Positions 29,759-42,781 of a stretch of 64,000 nucleotides of DNA are shown here, piece after piece. Source of the stretch: Tubiluchus corallicola (Eukaryota > Animalia > Priapulida); assembly GCA_030141605.1 (NCBI GenBank), contig JAQGDQ010000121.1:496001-560000 (forward strand), in the 5' to 3' direction. How positions within the stretch are numbered: position 1 is the stretch's first letter; the number at the start of each line of letters is the position of its first letter. The position numbers were made by a program, and so were the translations under genes. The notes below the pieces were generated by a model. That model saw only the letters and a program-made list of their open reading frames with translations. It was not told where the DNA came from and made no database searches.

Positions 29759-32475
29759 CTATGTAGTCCTTTGTTTCTTCACAGAATGTTTACAAGTTGT
29801 GCTACCACTAGGCATGTCAATAAGATTTGTTACATGTGGTGTCACCAATCCATTAACACATGAACTATCTTCACTACTGCTGGTTTTCGTCGTTTCTCCA
29901 TGTCGTGCTTCCACATCACCCGTGCTAGCTTCTCTGTTTCCCTGCATGTCGTCTTTACGTTTATGTCTGTATGTGCACACACCCGAGTCATTTGGATCCA
30001 GTAATGTTTGTAAAATAGAATTAGCAAAAAATCGTTTGTTGACCTTAGTGCTCGAAGGCTTTTCCCTAAAAAAGGCATGAGAAATTTCTAAGACATTGTA
30101 ACATGTCTAAGTGGGTTACCTCATAATTAAGTTATAGAAAGATTCGGAATTTGTTTTATATTAAAACAATTAAATAAATTGCACCGATATTTAGAGAAAG
30201 CTCTTTACAACTCCTATGTTCCTCAAAACAGCTATGGCAATGAGCCCTAAAGTATATTATAAGAACTATGTGAATTTTTAGTTCTTTAGTAGTAAGAATC
30301 TTTAGCTCACATGTTGATTGTTTACACACATGGATTTATGTAAGAACTACTACCAAAAATAATTTAGAGCAATTCCTAGCAGCATTAATACACCAAAGAC
30401 CTGAAGTTGGTTACATTTAGGACCAGTAGGGAAACCAACTTTAGTACAGTGCATTCTCATGTAATTAACTTGAAAATTCATAATGTAAGCTAATTTTTGA
30501 CCTTATGACTAATCAGAATTGAATCTTACTTACCATCCTTTGGGTCCCATTGAAGAGTATCTCTCTGCTCCCCGTTTGGCTTCCTTTAAAAGCTCTTCAT
30601 GAGCAATCCTGTAAAATCGGCAAAGAAACATTAAAATTTATTTAAGTAAAACATACCCTTTTTAATCATAGATTGAGTAAGCACCAGTGAAATCAATGAC
30701 AATGTTAATCACTTACCTTCAGTTTAAAGACGTGTACAGTGGACAGGCTACTAAGTAGTACTTGATGTCAAAGTTGACTGTCAAGTTTAGCTTAAGGGAA
30801 CACCAACAGCAGGCTTTTACCAGAGCAGCTTTGGCAAGAAAATTGCTGATTGGTCACGGTGTTTGCTGAAATACAACAGTTACGCAGCACCAAACCAGGT
30901 TAGCAAAAGAAAGGGAAACCTAGGTGCAACACTGCCACTGCCTATTTACCTCATTTAAAAGGGGTGTACATGTTTCTTAATGTACCTAAGCACCTCTGCT
31001 GCTTTAGTGTCACATCTTAAAGTAATATTCTTCACCAATAGCTGAATTATTATCAAGCCACAATTGTACAATAGTAGTAATGGACCCTACCATCGAGTGC
31101 TGGGTAACAGCTTACAGTATAAGAGTAATACAAAAAATGAATTAGTGGAATTTCTCAAGTTTTAAAGTGCGGGTGATTGTGGCAGTGCTTAACACGAAAC
31201 TCACATCTTCATGATTTGCTGCTGTAGTTATTACACAGCAGTTTTCAATGAGCACAAAAAATGAATGATTATTAGTCTTTTATTCATGTACATTTCCCTA
31301 CAACAGTATGCGATTAACTGCTAGCATAAACAGATAACATGAAGTGCCGGCACTATGTATATATACAAACACTGGAGGCCTTACATGAGCTTGCTTTTTT
31401 AAATTGTTGTACTAACTTGTAGTAATCATGTATTTTCCAAATATGTGATTCGCATGTACATTTTATTTATAGGACATGTGTTTATACTGCAAAATAAATA
31501 AATGAATTGTATTGGATTGAACAACTGACAACCAACAATGAATGAGGAAGTATTAGTTAACTGTTCTTTAAGAATAATACCCGTAGGCATCACTATACAA
31601 CACTACACCTACTTGTTCAACCAATAAAATACATTTTTAAACTGTATTTTCGGATTAGTTAAAAACCTCAGATTACAACTACGCATTATTCTTTTAAGTT
31701 TATCTAAATAGATGTTAAGATTAAGACATAAGTTGTAATCGCAAAAAAATGAATGCATTTATTAAGTAAAACATCTGTAATACCTACACAATTTAAGTTA
31801 ATCCAAAAGCCAAACAAGCAGCACTGACTGTTAATATGAGTGTACTCTTCTGAGACTTGCCATCTTTAATTACATAAATAAAATGTTGACTGTTTTTTCT
31901 TAATTTTAGAGTTCTGACAATAAAGTCTGTTTTGATACTAAAAAAAGGCATTCAGCTTTTTATTTATTTATTAAACATTCACTGTATTTAAAATTAACAT
32001 AAATGTATTGTAAAAAGTAAAATTAATGCCTGCTGGAAATGTTTGCAATTTTTGAGGTCTGGTGCGTAAATTTCCAGGTGTATAAATTACACTATTAAAA
32101 CAATATAGTGACACTGGTAAATTTGCAAGTTCTTGGATATGATGCTCGATACTGACAATATTATTAACACGACGCAATGCTTGGCAATGTACCTTAATGT
32201 AATATGGAGGACCCAGTAAACAGAAACACATACATAGTGATTAAGAAAAAAATGAAGCCATAAATTTCGATCAATCTTTAATCTGGTAATATGTTTGGAA
32301 TGGTGCATCCAAAAAATACCACTCCACAAACAAGGCTTTGAGATCAGTTTGCAAAACTTTACCTCGCACGTTTTTCCAGTTTACAGAACTTTGATTAACA
32401 CATACACAAAATATAATTATAAAACATTAACCAATTCTACCCTACCTACCTATCCAATTCACTTTCATCCATCAT
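29759..32475 (-). CDS. POLR1D isoform-2-like protein (~135 aa; not the AC19 polymerase subunit)
   Basis: Exons 32475-32450, 30608-30534 and 30065-29759 give MMDESELDRIAHEELLKEAKRGAERYSSMGPKGWEKPSSTKVNKRFFANSILQTL..., matching recalled human POLR1D isoform 2 (MEEDQELERKAIEELLKEAKRGKTRAETMGPMGW...TNKRFLINTIKNTL). Both introns are GT-AG, phase 2. A 5'UTR acceptor lies at ~32575. Confidence 0.85.
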
Positions 32476-33229
32476 GTCATAATAATAGACACTCTATTGC
32501 TGTGTACTTCTGTCACTAAACAGACGAATATATTCACAATGCTCTTTAATGCTATTTTGCTACTTCAGCCACACCTGCGAAATAAAAGATAGACGAAATT
32601 ATTATTGTGATGAAAAACAAATATATCTATATCAATTATATAGGCCTTTCGTCTATATTTATCAGATACGTTGTACCCACTTCATCTTAAAGTACGTTGA
32701 ATAAGACTTTTAAAATGTGAGCAGCATTAATTTCAGAATGCTTTAAATAAAAAGTTTATATTTTGGAAACAATAACATATATATTGATATACTATAAGTA
32801 CTAATGCGTTAAATGCTTTAATCACATTATCATTACTTCATTATTTTATTACTATTAGGTATTTTATTATTAGCTGAAATACCCAGCAGTGACCAAGGCT
32901 GATTTGGCATGATCTGTCAAGTGAAAACAGCATGTATATTTGTGGCGATGCCCACCCCATGGCACATGCTGGAGTCCTAAAAAGTGCTCCTTTGAATGCC
33001 TTTGGGGAGGGGAGTAGTCAATGTACTGTCTTGAATGACACAACCTCAAGCTGGAAATATGTCTGTATTGGCATAGGTCAAGGCACCCTCAGTGGCCCTT
33101 GTTTTAATCTTCATAAATGATATTATTAACTGTATGTCAAGTGGAACATCATTATGTTCCTTTTGCCAGGCTTATACGTCAATGATTTAATACCACACTG
33201 TCCGACATGGGAATGCAACAGGAGTTTGC

Positions 33230-33500
33230 TACAACTTGACCTCAACAACATTGAAAGATGGTGTGAAATGGTTATTGGAGCTTAAAAAAGCAAAAGCAAT
33301 TCTTTGCATATCTGTCCTAAAAGAGACAAACTCCATACTTTCTTAAAGATGGACCCACTGAGAGTAAATCGCTTATTAAAGAGCATCACAGTAACAAATG
33401 CCTTAAGCTGGAATGCCACATACGCAATCTCATTTCACAAGCAAATCAATGTGTTGGCATGATTCAACATTGCGTGTCGTCAACAAATTACCAACGGCAA
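33230..33500 (+). mobile_element. Highly decayed LINE ORF2 fragment
   Basis: Sequence resembles the post-RT region of CR1/L2/Jockey-group LINEs (..ERWC..W.., ..LSWNAH....KANQ..GMI..), with frameshifts. Confidence 0.35.
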
Positions 33501-34539
33501 CCAATGAAGCACCATCTGTTTTAAATCGTATTTCAGACAGACATGGGCGGATAGTGGATTTGTGGAATCTGCAGTAATTTTGCGGATATGTCTAATTTTA
33601 TTGCCTAAAATTGCAGATTTTAGGCAAAATTACAGCATGCAAAAGCCACTTATGTAGGGCAAATTTTCAAGTGTTTGCGCAAAAAGCTTAACCAATTTCA
33701 GTTTGCTAAGCATTCCCTTGCGTATTAAAAGGCTTGCTGCCAACTTTCATCACTACTTTAATTTAAGATGTTCTCATCACCTCTTGCTTTTTGCTGCTTC
33801 CCGATATTTTACCTGGAAATTCCTAGATGCAAAACATTGCTTATAATTACAAATATTATAATATTTTGCTCGAACTTATTATGGTTTATGGTGTAGTGTG
33901 ATGGGCATGATATAATGAGTAAGGTACTCTCCGTGCGGCGTGAGTTGTCGTTGAGGATTTACAAGCAAAATTGGAGTCTGGATAGTAAGAAAATTCACTT
34001 GTAGTTATACTGCTATATTTTTTGTAAAATAGTAAGTCATTGATAGTGTGCATATTGTTATGAAAATTATTCAACTCACATAGCAATTCACTTACTGAAT
34101 TTCGAACTCACGTCAAATTTCACTTCTGCCTTTTTCTTATCATCAGTCATAATTATTATTATACCCATTAGTATTACATCTGTTGTACACAATGGGCAGA
34201 CACAATTGTAAAATAAAAGAAATTTGCCCTCAAGGCAGGTAAACACAGCAGTAATCCAGCAAAAAACTGGACACTGCTATTGTCAGCACCACTTCCATTT
34301 CTTATCAATAAATATCATATCATATAATATGGGGGTATCAATCGTTCAATGACATCACACCGTTCACCTCCTACTGCCAAACGGTACCTACTTTCCACGA
34401 TCAAGTATCTTTCAAAATTAGAGATGTTCCATTGAGGTCTTTTTGTGTGAAATCTATCCATGTGAACAATTTACCGCCTCTTGCCTTGGCTTCTTTGATG
34501 AATTCTTCGTGAACCTCAGGCAGTTATTAATGAACACTG

Positions 34540-36270
34540 CTCAATGAACACTTCTCTCAGGTTTTCACAGAAGAACCCTTGGATCATGAGTTGCCTTGCC
34601 CACCAAAGTGGTCGGTTCAGTAAATGACTGATATTGATTTTTGTGCGGAGGATGTTAAGATTTTATTGATGCTTGTTAATCCTTGGAAATCTAAGGTACG
34701 GATGAGGTTCATTCAGATTTATGTAAGAACTACTACCAAATCTAATGTTAAAAAAATATGCTTTCCAGTTAGCGCTTACTCTTTTTTTAGAATGTTTTGC
34801 CTATCAACTGATTCATGAAAATTGCCAAGGTCTTGGATGGACGCTAATATTACTCCATTTCCTAAGGTGATTAATAATACATTGTGGGATGACCTTCTAT
34901 TGTCGTGAAAATCCCCGAGAAACTAATTTGGCGAGAAGTTCTTTGGTTTTCATTAATTCGTAATTACTTTAACGAAAGCCAGCATGGATCTCTTCCTGGT
35001 AGGTCAACTGTCACCAATTTGTTAGACTGTCTTAATAAGTGGACTAAAATCTTTGATGATGACAATAGTTCTGGTGTAAATATTATATATCTAGACTTTC
35101 GTAAAGCATTCGATTCACAGCCTTTCGAGCGTTTGTTGTTTGCTGGTATCCTCATATGAGTAATGAAGGGATAAACTCATTCGTTGGAACACAGCGCGCA
35201 GTCTTAAATGGATTGTCTACTGAGTAGATCCATGTTCGTAGTGGTATTCCACAAGGAATGCTTAGTGGTCCCTATTGTTTAATATTATAAGTGAATGATC
35301 TGACAGAGCATGTTATTTCATCTATTAGCATGTTTGTTGATGATGTTAAATTACACCGGCAGATTAAGTCACTATTTAATTCTGATATGTTACAGATAGA
35401 GCTAGACAGCATTGAATCTTGGTCTGATCAATGGCTGCTTCAGTTGAAACCAGTTAAGTGTGCTTCGCTCAGAGTCAGACAGGCCAATGTTGATACTTCT
35501 TACACTTTACTTAATGGTATGGTACCTCAAGTTGATAACGTCCGAGATCTCGGGGTTTACATATCTGATTCACTGAAATTTAATGATCATATTGCTTATA
35601 TTATCAAGACTGCTAACCAAAAAAATTGGCATATTAGAAAATCAATTGTATGTTGCGAGTCATCAGTTATTGTACATATTTAAAAGACTCTAATCAGTGC
35701 CCCTGCTGAAGTATGCAGTCGTCGTTTGGGCACCGCAATACGTGTCTTTTAAAGAAATGCTGGAAAAGGTTTCACGAAGATGGCTACCATCTTGCTAGTG
35801 ATCTGGATTTTAACAATATATCTACCTTACAGGAGAGACGTGACACAATTGATCTTGTCAACGTGTTTAAAATGTTGAATGAGAACACAGTCTTGGATCC
35901 GAGAGTTACGTGGTCATGAACGAAAACTACATGTCAGATATTCACGCACAAGTATAAGGAAGCACTTTTTCTCTAACCGTGTGCAAAAGTGCAACAATCT
36001 AGGCAGTGATATTGTTAATGCCCCCAATGTTGAGTCCTTTAAAGGACCACTGAGGGGAGTGCGTTGAAAGCATTTTTTATATGCGAACACTCTTGCAACT
36101 TTTGAAGAAAGCTTTGATTCATGGAAACCTTGAAAACGTGGAGTCTTCCTGTGATCTCAGAGCATGACTCACCCAGTTAAGTCTCCTGCGTTTTATCTTT
36201 CTGCTCCACTTTTCTTCCTTGACTTTGTGGCACAAATCTTTGTGACTTATAACCATATAATCTATAATCT
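34540..36270 (+). mobile_element. 5'-truncated, frameshifted LINE (CR1/L2/Jockey-group) reverse-transcriptase relic
   Basis: Fragments SQHGSLPGRSTVTNLL...IYLDFRKAFDS, SGIPQG, MFVDDVKL, WLLQL..KC, VRDLGVYISDSLKF, ELRGHERKL...RKHFFSNRV are interrupted by stops and frameshifts. A short (TATAATC) tail lies at ~36250-36270. Confidence 0.9.
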
Positions 36271-36333
36271 TTGCTCAATAAAGACTAAAGAGCAAAAGTA
36301 ACTGGCAATATGAGTAATCATTAACTTTTAATA

Positions 36334-37255
36334 CGTCTGTTGGGAGCCGTTTGGACCACTGCGCCAAGTAGACCACTTGATGCGCTAAAAGTAGTGTCCT
36401 ACATGGGCAGCCCAAGTAGGACACTAGCGATTTTTGTCGAGAAACTTGCTCTGGCAAAACTTGTTTCCAGTTTATATTACCATTGTTTATAAGTATTGTT
36501 ATGACATAATAAAGCATAAAACAAAATTTCTTTTAGAAACGGAAATTCCTTGGCAATTTACAAATGCATTTCTTACAATAATTTCATCATTATGATTAAC
36601 TCCATTAATATATCATAACATTAAACCTAGTATCTAATGCTTTAAAGAGAGAAATCCTGCACACAGTTATTACAGAAATAATCGCAAATTTAAAAATGAG
36701 ACAGATGCTGCTAAGCCTTCACAACACCAAAAAGTAATTTTTAACATTTAAGAAAAGCAAGGATAATTAGTTTTAATATTATCAGTAGTATTGTAACATG
36801 TAGGGCACTGTCCTACATGGCTCGCTAGCCCATGTAGGACACATAGATCGCTAGAACGTTTACTTATAAGAAAACAATTATTTGCCCAAGAGGTAGTGAA
36901 ACGGATCACCTGTTTGTGAAGTGAGACAAAATCAAAAATGATATACCTTAAACAAATGTTGAATTCGCAAAAAAGTGGGGTTTTTTCACTTCAACAACAT
37001 TAATATCGAAACCAAATTTAATATTGTCCGTTCTACCAGCTCAGAATAAAATTCTTTTATTTTATTAGATGTATAATAAATTATTCAACGTGTATTAACG
37101 TTTTTAATTATTATTATTACATAAACAAGCACAACGGACGGTGTCAGTACACTTAACGACTGAATTCACGACCTGTCTCTAGTGTCCTACTTGGGTAGCC
37201 CAAGTAGACCAATTGGTCTACTTGGCGCAGTGGTCCAAACGGCTCCCAACAAGAC
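36334..37255. mobile_element. MITE (922 bp) with long TIRs, TA flanks and internal palindromic repeats
   Basis: A 38-bp perfect inverted repeat TGTTGGGAGCCGTTTGGACCACTGCGCCAAGTAGACCA sits at both ends, with TA at 36332-36333 and 37256-37257. Hairpin motifs GTCCTAC(A/T)TGG...CCCA(A/T)GTAG occur at ~36394, ~36809 and ~37182. No ORF. Confidence 0.9.
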
Positions 37256-37580
37256 TATTGTCCGACAGAGCGTGAAAAAATCAACAGAAAATTCCATAGA
37301 AATAATAATTGAATTGTTAGACACAGAACGATAGTGAATTGAAAGAAGAAGCGGTTACTGGGTCAAGGCATAGCAAGCTAGCGCTATCTCTTTTTGGAAA
37401 CAGTGATGTGATGTATTGTAGTGATTATCGTACAGTTGAGTTAGGATTATCAGCCGCCTATGTCACTTTTTTATTAAATAAAAGTAGAGAAGTGATTCAA
37501 GTAGTGTGATCTTTATTAAGGCTGACGCCCGGGAATATTATGCTTTCTGTGTAGCCTATACGGTAGCAAGGCCAACAAAA

Positions 37581-39693
37581 ATGCTTCTAGAAACCATTTT
37601 TCGTTACAGTAGTCGTTGCCGTTCCAATACAGTGAAAGTGTGCATATGTGGAATTGTTATTATTTTATTATGTTATTTGTATCTCTGTGTAAGAGTGCCT
37701 GTACAGAATTACGTGGTGAGACAATTTGTAGCTAGTGCTGAAAATATTAAACTAGTAAAAGTTTCTAATATACATGATAACATGGATGAAGCAGTCGAGA
37801 AATATTTGGAGCACGAGAAAGAACTGCTAATGGAAGATGATCACGAAACAGAAATCCGTATCCGTAAACAGCATTCCTTCGAAAATGCTACCCAGCCGTC
37901 TTATGTTAATTTAACTGATTCAGGCACTATTATAGATGTTGTGATTTTATTTACAAATGCGAAACATAATGCCAGACTTATACAAAAATTTAGCATTACA
38001 GTCAAGTCTATCATTGTTCACTCCTCAGTTTGCATAAATTTTCATATTATTGCTGACCATGATAGCCGGCTGATTGCTGGAGATATATTGTCTCCTATAA
38101 TACAGTCAAAACAGCTTGAAGAGAAGAAGGATAATGACCATCCCCTTGTGTTTCAGGTACAGTAGTACTATGATGAAAATGCTATGAAAAAATTAATGTG
38201 CTAGTTTTCAGGTACTTATCAAAAAGTAAAAAAAATTCTACTTTATAAGATAATCAGAGAAAGGGTGATATGAGATCATGAACTCACTGTATAATTAATG
38301 AAGACATTATCGAGTACAGGGTTAAAATTTCATTGTACATTTAGTAGGCACTTGGTTTATAGAATTAAGCAAGCAGTAATTTTCATTACTGCATAAAAAT
38401 GCTTTAATCAGTTAACAAAAGTTAATCAGTTGCTAAGAAGTGACTGATACTTTCTATGGCTTAATTTAACCACATCACGTAATGCTCAATAATGCATTGC
38501 GAATAAGCTGTTGTTATCAGCTAAAAATACGATGTGTTAAAAGTAAAGCAACAAAACAAAAAAGTAAACGTGCATAATGCAGTGTATGTAGATGTGCTAC
38601 GCAAAGGTGCTCTGACAATTTCCTAAGCTAATGTTTTGCTGGAGTGACACAATTCAAAATTAATGTTGTTATTGTTTCTTGCTTCTCAATGACCAATACT
38701 GGATGCCCATGATTTGAGCTAAGCAGGTAGCACCATTTCAAAGAACTACCAATAAAAGCTGGAGTGGCTAACTGACATTCTGAAATAATTAGCAATTATC
38801 TTCTTTATGAAAGTCAGTATGATATGTGTGGACAGCGAAACATGTTCTGTTGGTGAATTCACCTTAGTGTATCCTTGTGGTACTCACAAATTATGATTTT
38901 AATAAAACAGAAATGATGATGCTTAAATTTAGCAAAATTTTAATTCATGTCATTACTTAGCCAGGCTGTAAATTGCTGAACAACATTCTTAGTAAACCAA
39001 ATTCACTTTCCTGTTACTCTGTTTTAGGTTAATTATCTTGACATGGACACCCTTGCAAAGGAGCTACACCAGGTGATCTTACCATTTCAGTCATTGTTTA
39101 GCAAACGTGGAGCATATTATAGCGATGCAATTTTTTATCTCTCGACAGCAATACACAAAGTCGTCGATCTCCATAAAGTAATTATGTTGGATTGTGACCT
39201 TAAATTTACAACAGACATAAAACTACTCTACGAAGAATTTGATAAGTTCAAAAACACAAATGTCATTGGAATTGCACATGAAATGCAGCCTGTTTACCGG
39301 CACGTGTTTCACATGTATCGACGGTCTAACCCTGAAACACGTGTTGGATCACCGCCTCCTAGTGGTCTCACAGGATTTAACAGTGGCGTGATGTTGCTAG
39401 ATTTAGACAAGATGAGAAAGTCAGATTTATACAATCAGTTTCTGGATGAGAAGGTGATAAGCAGTTTAGCAGCAAAATATATGTTTAAAGGTCATCTAGG
39501 TGACCAAGACTTATTCAGTTTAATAAGCTTAGAGCACAGTGAATTATTTCATATTCTGCCTTGTACTTGGAACTATCAACTCTGTAAATGGTGGAAAGAC
39601 AATGGATACAAAGATGTTTTTTATCAATACCACTCATGTTTGGGTGATGTGAAAGTGTACCATGGCAACTGTGGTAGTCCCATACCAGACTGA
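37581..39693 (+). CDS. XXYLT1: Xyloside xylosyltransferase 1 (GT8 family, type II membrane protein), ~413 aa
   Basis: Exons 37581-38156 and 39028-39693 are joined by a phase-0 GT-AG intron. There is an N-terminal TM helix (VCICGIVIILLCYLYLCV), the DxD motif MLDCDLKF, IGIAHEMQPVYRH, GFNSGVMLLDL, FKGHLGDQDLF, LPCTWNYQLC and YHGNC. Confidence 0.92.
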
Positions 39694-40339
39694 TCTGCAC
39701 ATCACAGCCCATTGCACTTGCTAGTCTAGCTACTTCTGCATGACAACTTGATATTATTATGGACCAATGTAATGAATACAAGTTTTGCCATGTCAACCTG
39801 TGATATGATAGTGTATTTTTATATTGAATTGTAATATGCATGTTAATAGCATTTATATTTTTCCATCCAACTGACATCAGTACTGCAAGTGTTTAATTAG
39901 GGTATATTTTTCGTATTACCTAATTGATGGAAATTTTCGACAGTACAAGCAATGCTGTCCTTGCTATGGTTACACTCAACCCCAAGCCCACTGTTATTAT
40001 CTGATGTGGAGCACTGGCAACATGAATAGTGAGAGAGTAAAGGTTGAGGTTATACAAGTTGCGTTTATTTTGGTTATTCTGCGTGCTTGGCACAGAAACA
40101 GTTGACACACGTGCAATTTTTTCACAAGTTAGTATGATACGTCTTATGGACTGTTACCTGTGTAATTTATGTAGTTACAGCGTAACTTATAACATTTATG
40201 CATTTTTTTTATAATATTTTATAGAAGTCACATTTAAGCAGTATCTTTCCAATCAAACCGTCTCTGGGAAAGATCTGTTTCTAGAGATGAAGAAAATGCT
40301 GGCTGTGATCACAGTTCTCTTTCTGAAAGATGTTTCTTC

Positions 40340-40515
40340 TTCATTCACTTTGCCATTTTAACTGCTGTGCATATTTTAGGTAATTACTGTTAAAGTAATT
40401 GTACATTGAGTTTGCTTAAGTTATCGTTTCATTTTCTGTGTTCTTAAAGATAAAAATTAAAAGATTTTTGGCAGTATAAATTTGCTTAGTTGAAAAAATT
40501 GAAAGTTTTCTACAA
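40340..40515 (+). repeat. Diverged direct repeat, copy 1 (~170 bp; copy 2 at ~41462-41637)
   Basis: TCACTT...TT.AACTGCTGTGCAT.TTTTA.GGTA.TTA.TGTTAAA.TAATTGTA...AAGTTAT...ATAAAAATT.AAA...AAGTTTTC occurs twice, ~1.1 kb apart. Confidence 0.7.
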
Positions 40516-41461
40516 TTTTTAAATTAACAAGAGAAATATTAACTGCTGCTGTTGAAGAAGTCATATTCAGATTTATATGAGACCACCCAGAGTGAGTATT
40601 GAACACACCCCAATTCAAAAATATTTTTATGAAGTTTGCCAGTATTTCTCAAGATGGAAAAGACGTCACTTACATTTTGTTTACCCATTTACAATAATTA
40701 AAAGTAATTGTTAAATAAGTACACTAATTACAGTGCAAATCTTTACAGTGTAAATTTTTTCTCAGTAATTCGTTAGCATTGTTAGATTTGTCATATACAC
40801 AAACATTTGTTTCTATCACAACGTGCTCAACATAATAATCATTCAGAAATGTCCACTTATGGCCAGCCTATTGGGTGCATGCCAAATTGGCGATCGGTAG
40901 TTTCACAGCAAAGAATGACATGCGATTGGAACAACACTGTGTTAATTAAAAACGTAATACATTTTTTGTTTAAATGTTAGGTTTAATTGTTTTTGTGAAG
41001 TTAGTATTTATCCTTAACTCTACTTGTGAACAACAGTGATAGCCTTTTTAGTTGCAGCATTTAAGTAAAACCTGTTTTTCTTTGTTCACTAAAATAATGC
41101 AATTTACAAGCTCCAAATGTTTTGTCAGGAAATATAATTGAAAAGCATAAACAATTGTACATTTTAATACATTGTTGTATTGCAATTTCAAAATTTATTC
41201 TTATATGCTGAGGTGAGTAGTTTTGGTTTAGTTAGCTGTAGTAATTAGTTTTTTTTATATTTATTATTGATGTTAGTTCTAGTTTTCATGCACTTTGCTA
41301 TTTTCTTGTCAATTATATTGGTGGTGAACTGACAATGAATTTGGTCTCGCCAATATTATATCTTCTTTGAAAGTTCCAATTAATTTCTGCAAAATTACAT
41401 TTTTGTAAGAGCGTGAATGTGGGCTATTTCCAGAAAATGTGTCCCTTTCTCATTCATTTTC

Positions 41462-41637
41462 ACAGTCACTTCGTTATTTCAACTGCTGTGCATGTTTTAT
41501 GGTATTTATTGTTAAAATAATTGTATGCTGAATTTATTCAAGTTATTCTTTCAATTTTTATATTTTTAAAATAAAAATTGAAAAGTTAATGGCATTAAAA
41601 ATTTATTTACTTTAAAAATTTTAAGAAGTTTTCCACT
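41462..41637 (+). repeat. Diverged direct repeat, copy 2
   Basis: Aligns by eye to 40340-40515. Confidence 0.7.
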
Positions 41638-42781
41638 GATGTATCAAGCACTGTTTTGTAGTATGGAGAGAGACTTTCTGTCAGTCGTGTCTCATCGGCT
41701 TGAAACGTTAGCTGATGAGTGGCCACAGCAAATATTGCAATTATGCAGTGAGAGACAAAAAATGCTTTGTTGATCATGTGGTCAACCAAAGAATACATGC
41801 TGACTTACAAAATTAATGTATGCTGAACAGTATATGTAATGCAAAATATATGCTACATCACTCTATGCATCTTTCAAAATTTATTAAAAATCTACACTTT
41901 GTAGTTTAAATCTGTCAGTCATAGTACACAGTTAAAAAATGCAGTTTTTGTCTACATACTTGTTTTCAATATTTAGAAAGATTCATACACGCCTCAAAAA
42001 ACAAAATGCTACTCGACATAGCCAAATAATTCTGTTTTAACACTTTTATTGATGTCTCATCTCATTTGTGTTTACTAGGCTGTTGCCATAGCTTGGTACA
42101 TAGTGACCCCAAGCTCTAGTAAACAATTTATACCCATGTTTTATTCGTGTCAGTTTTTCTGAAAAATTTCAATTGACTTAAGTTCTTTAGTTAAAGACAT
42201 TTATATTTATAAATTTATTGCTGGAAATTGTCTCTTAAAGTACGCATCAAACTGTTGTTGATCAGATAACACAATGCAACCAAAAAAAATTAAAAAATAC
42301 AAAATTGTATGTAATTATATACCTTATATGGTATTATATATTACACAACAAGACAGGGTTGTGCAAGTGTTACATTTCACACAACAGTGAATTAGTATGG
42401 TCACCGTTTTCTTATAAAATGTTGTAACCACGATTTTTACAAGTACATTCTATAGATATCAGCCTTCTAGTCTATATCTTTGACAGTTGTAATTATTATT
42501 ACTAGCAACAAGTTGCCAGTTTGAATATTTGACAGTATACACCATGCATAACTTTTACTCATTAAAATAGGTATCTGGAATATCAGAGTAGTTGTATACT
42601 ACTCTCTTGTTAGTTATCATAAGCAATAGACTAAAAATTGTCTTATTTTTCACTAATCTTGTGATGAATTTGTCATGATTTTGATCTGATATTAAAGAAA
42701 TTTTCAAGAAATCTGATTTTCAAGAAATAGCCAAAATTATCACAATGCAGCTTTCATACATGAAATTTTTCACAAATTCTA

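Noticed and set aside
36334-37255. Palindromic repeats as a CRISPR-like array
   Set aside because: Only three irregularly spaced copies lie inside a TIR-bounded element in a eukaryotic genome, with no spacer periodicity and no cas genes.
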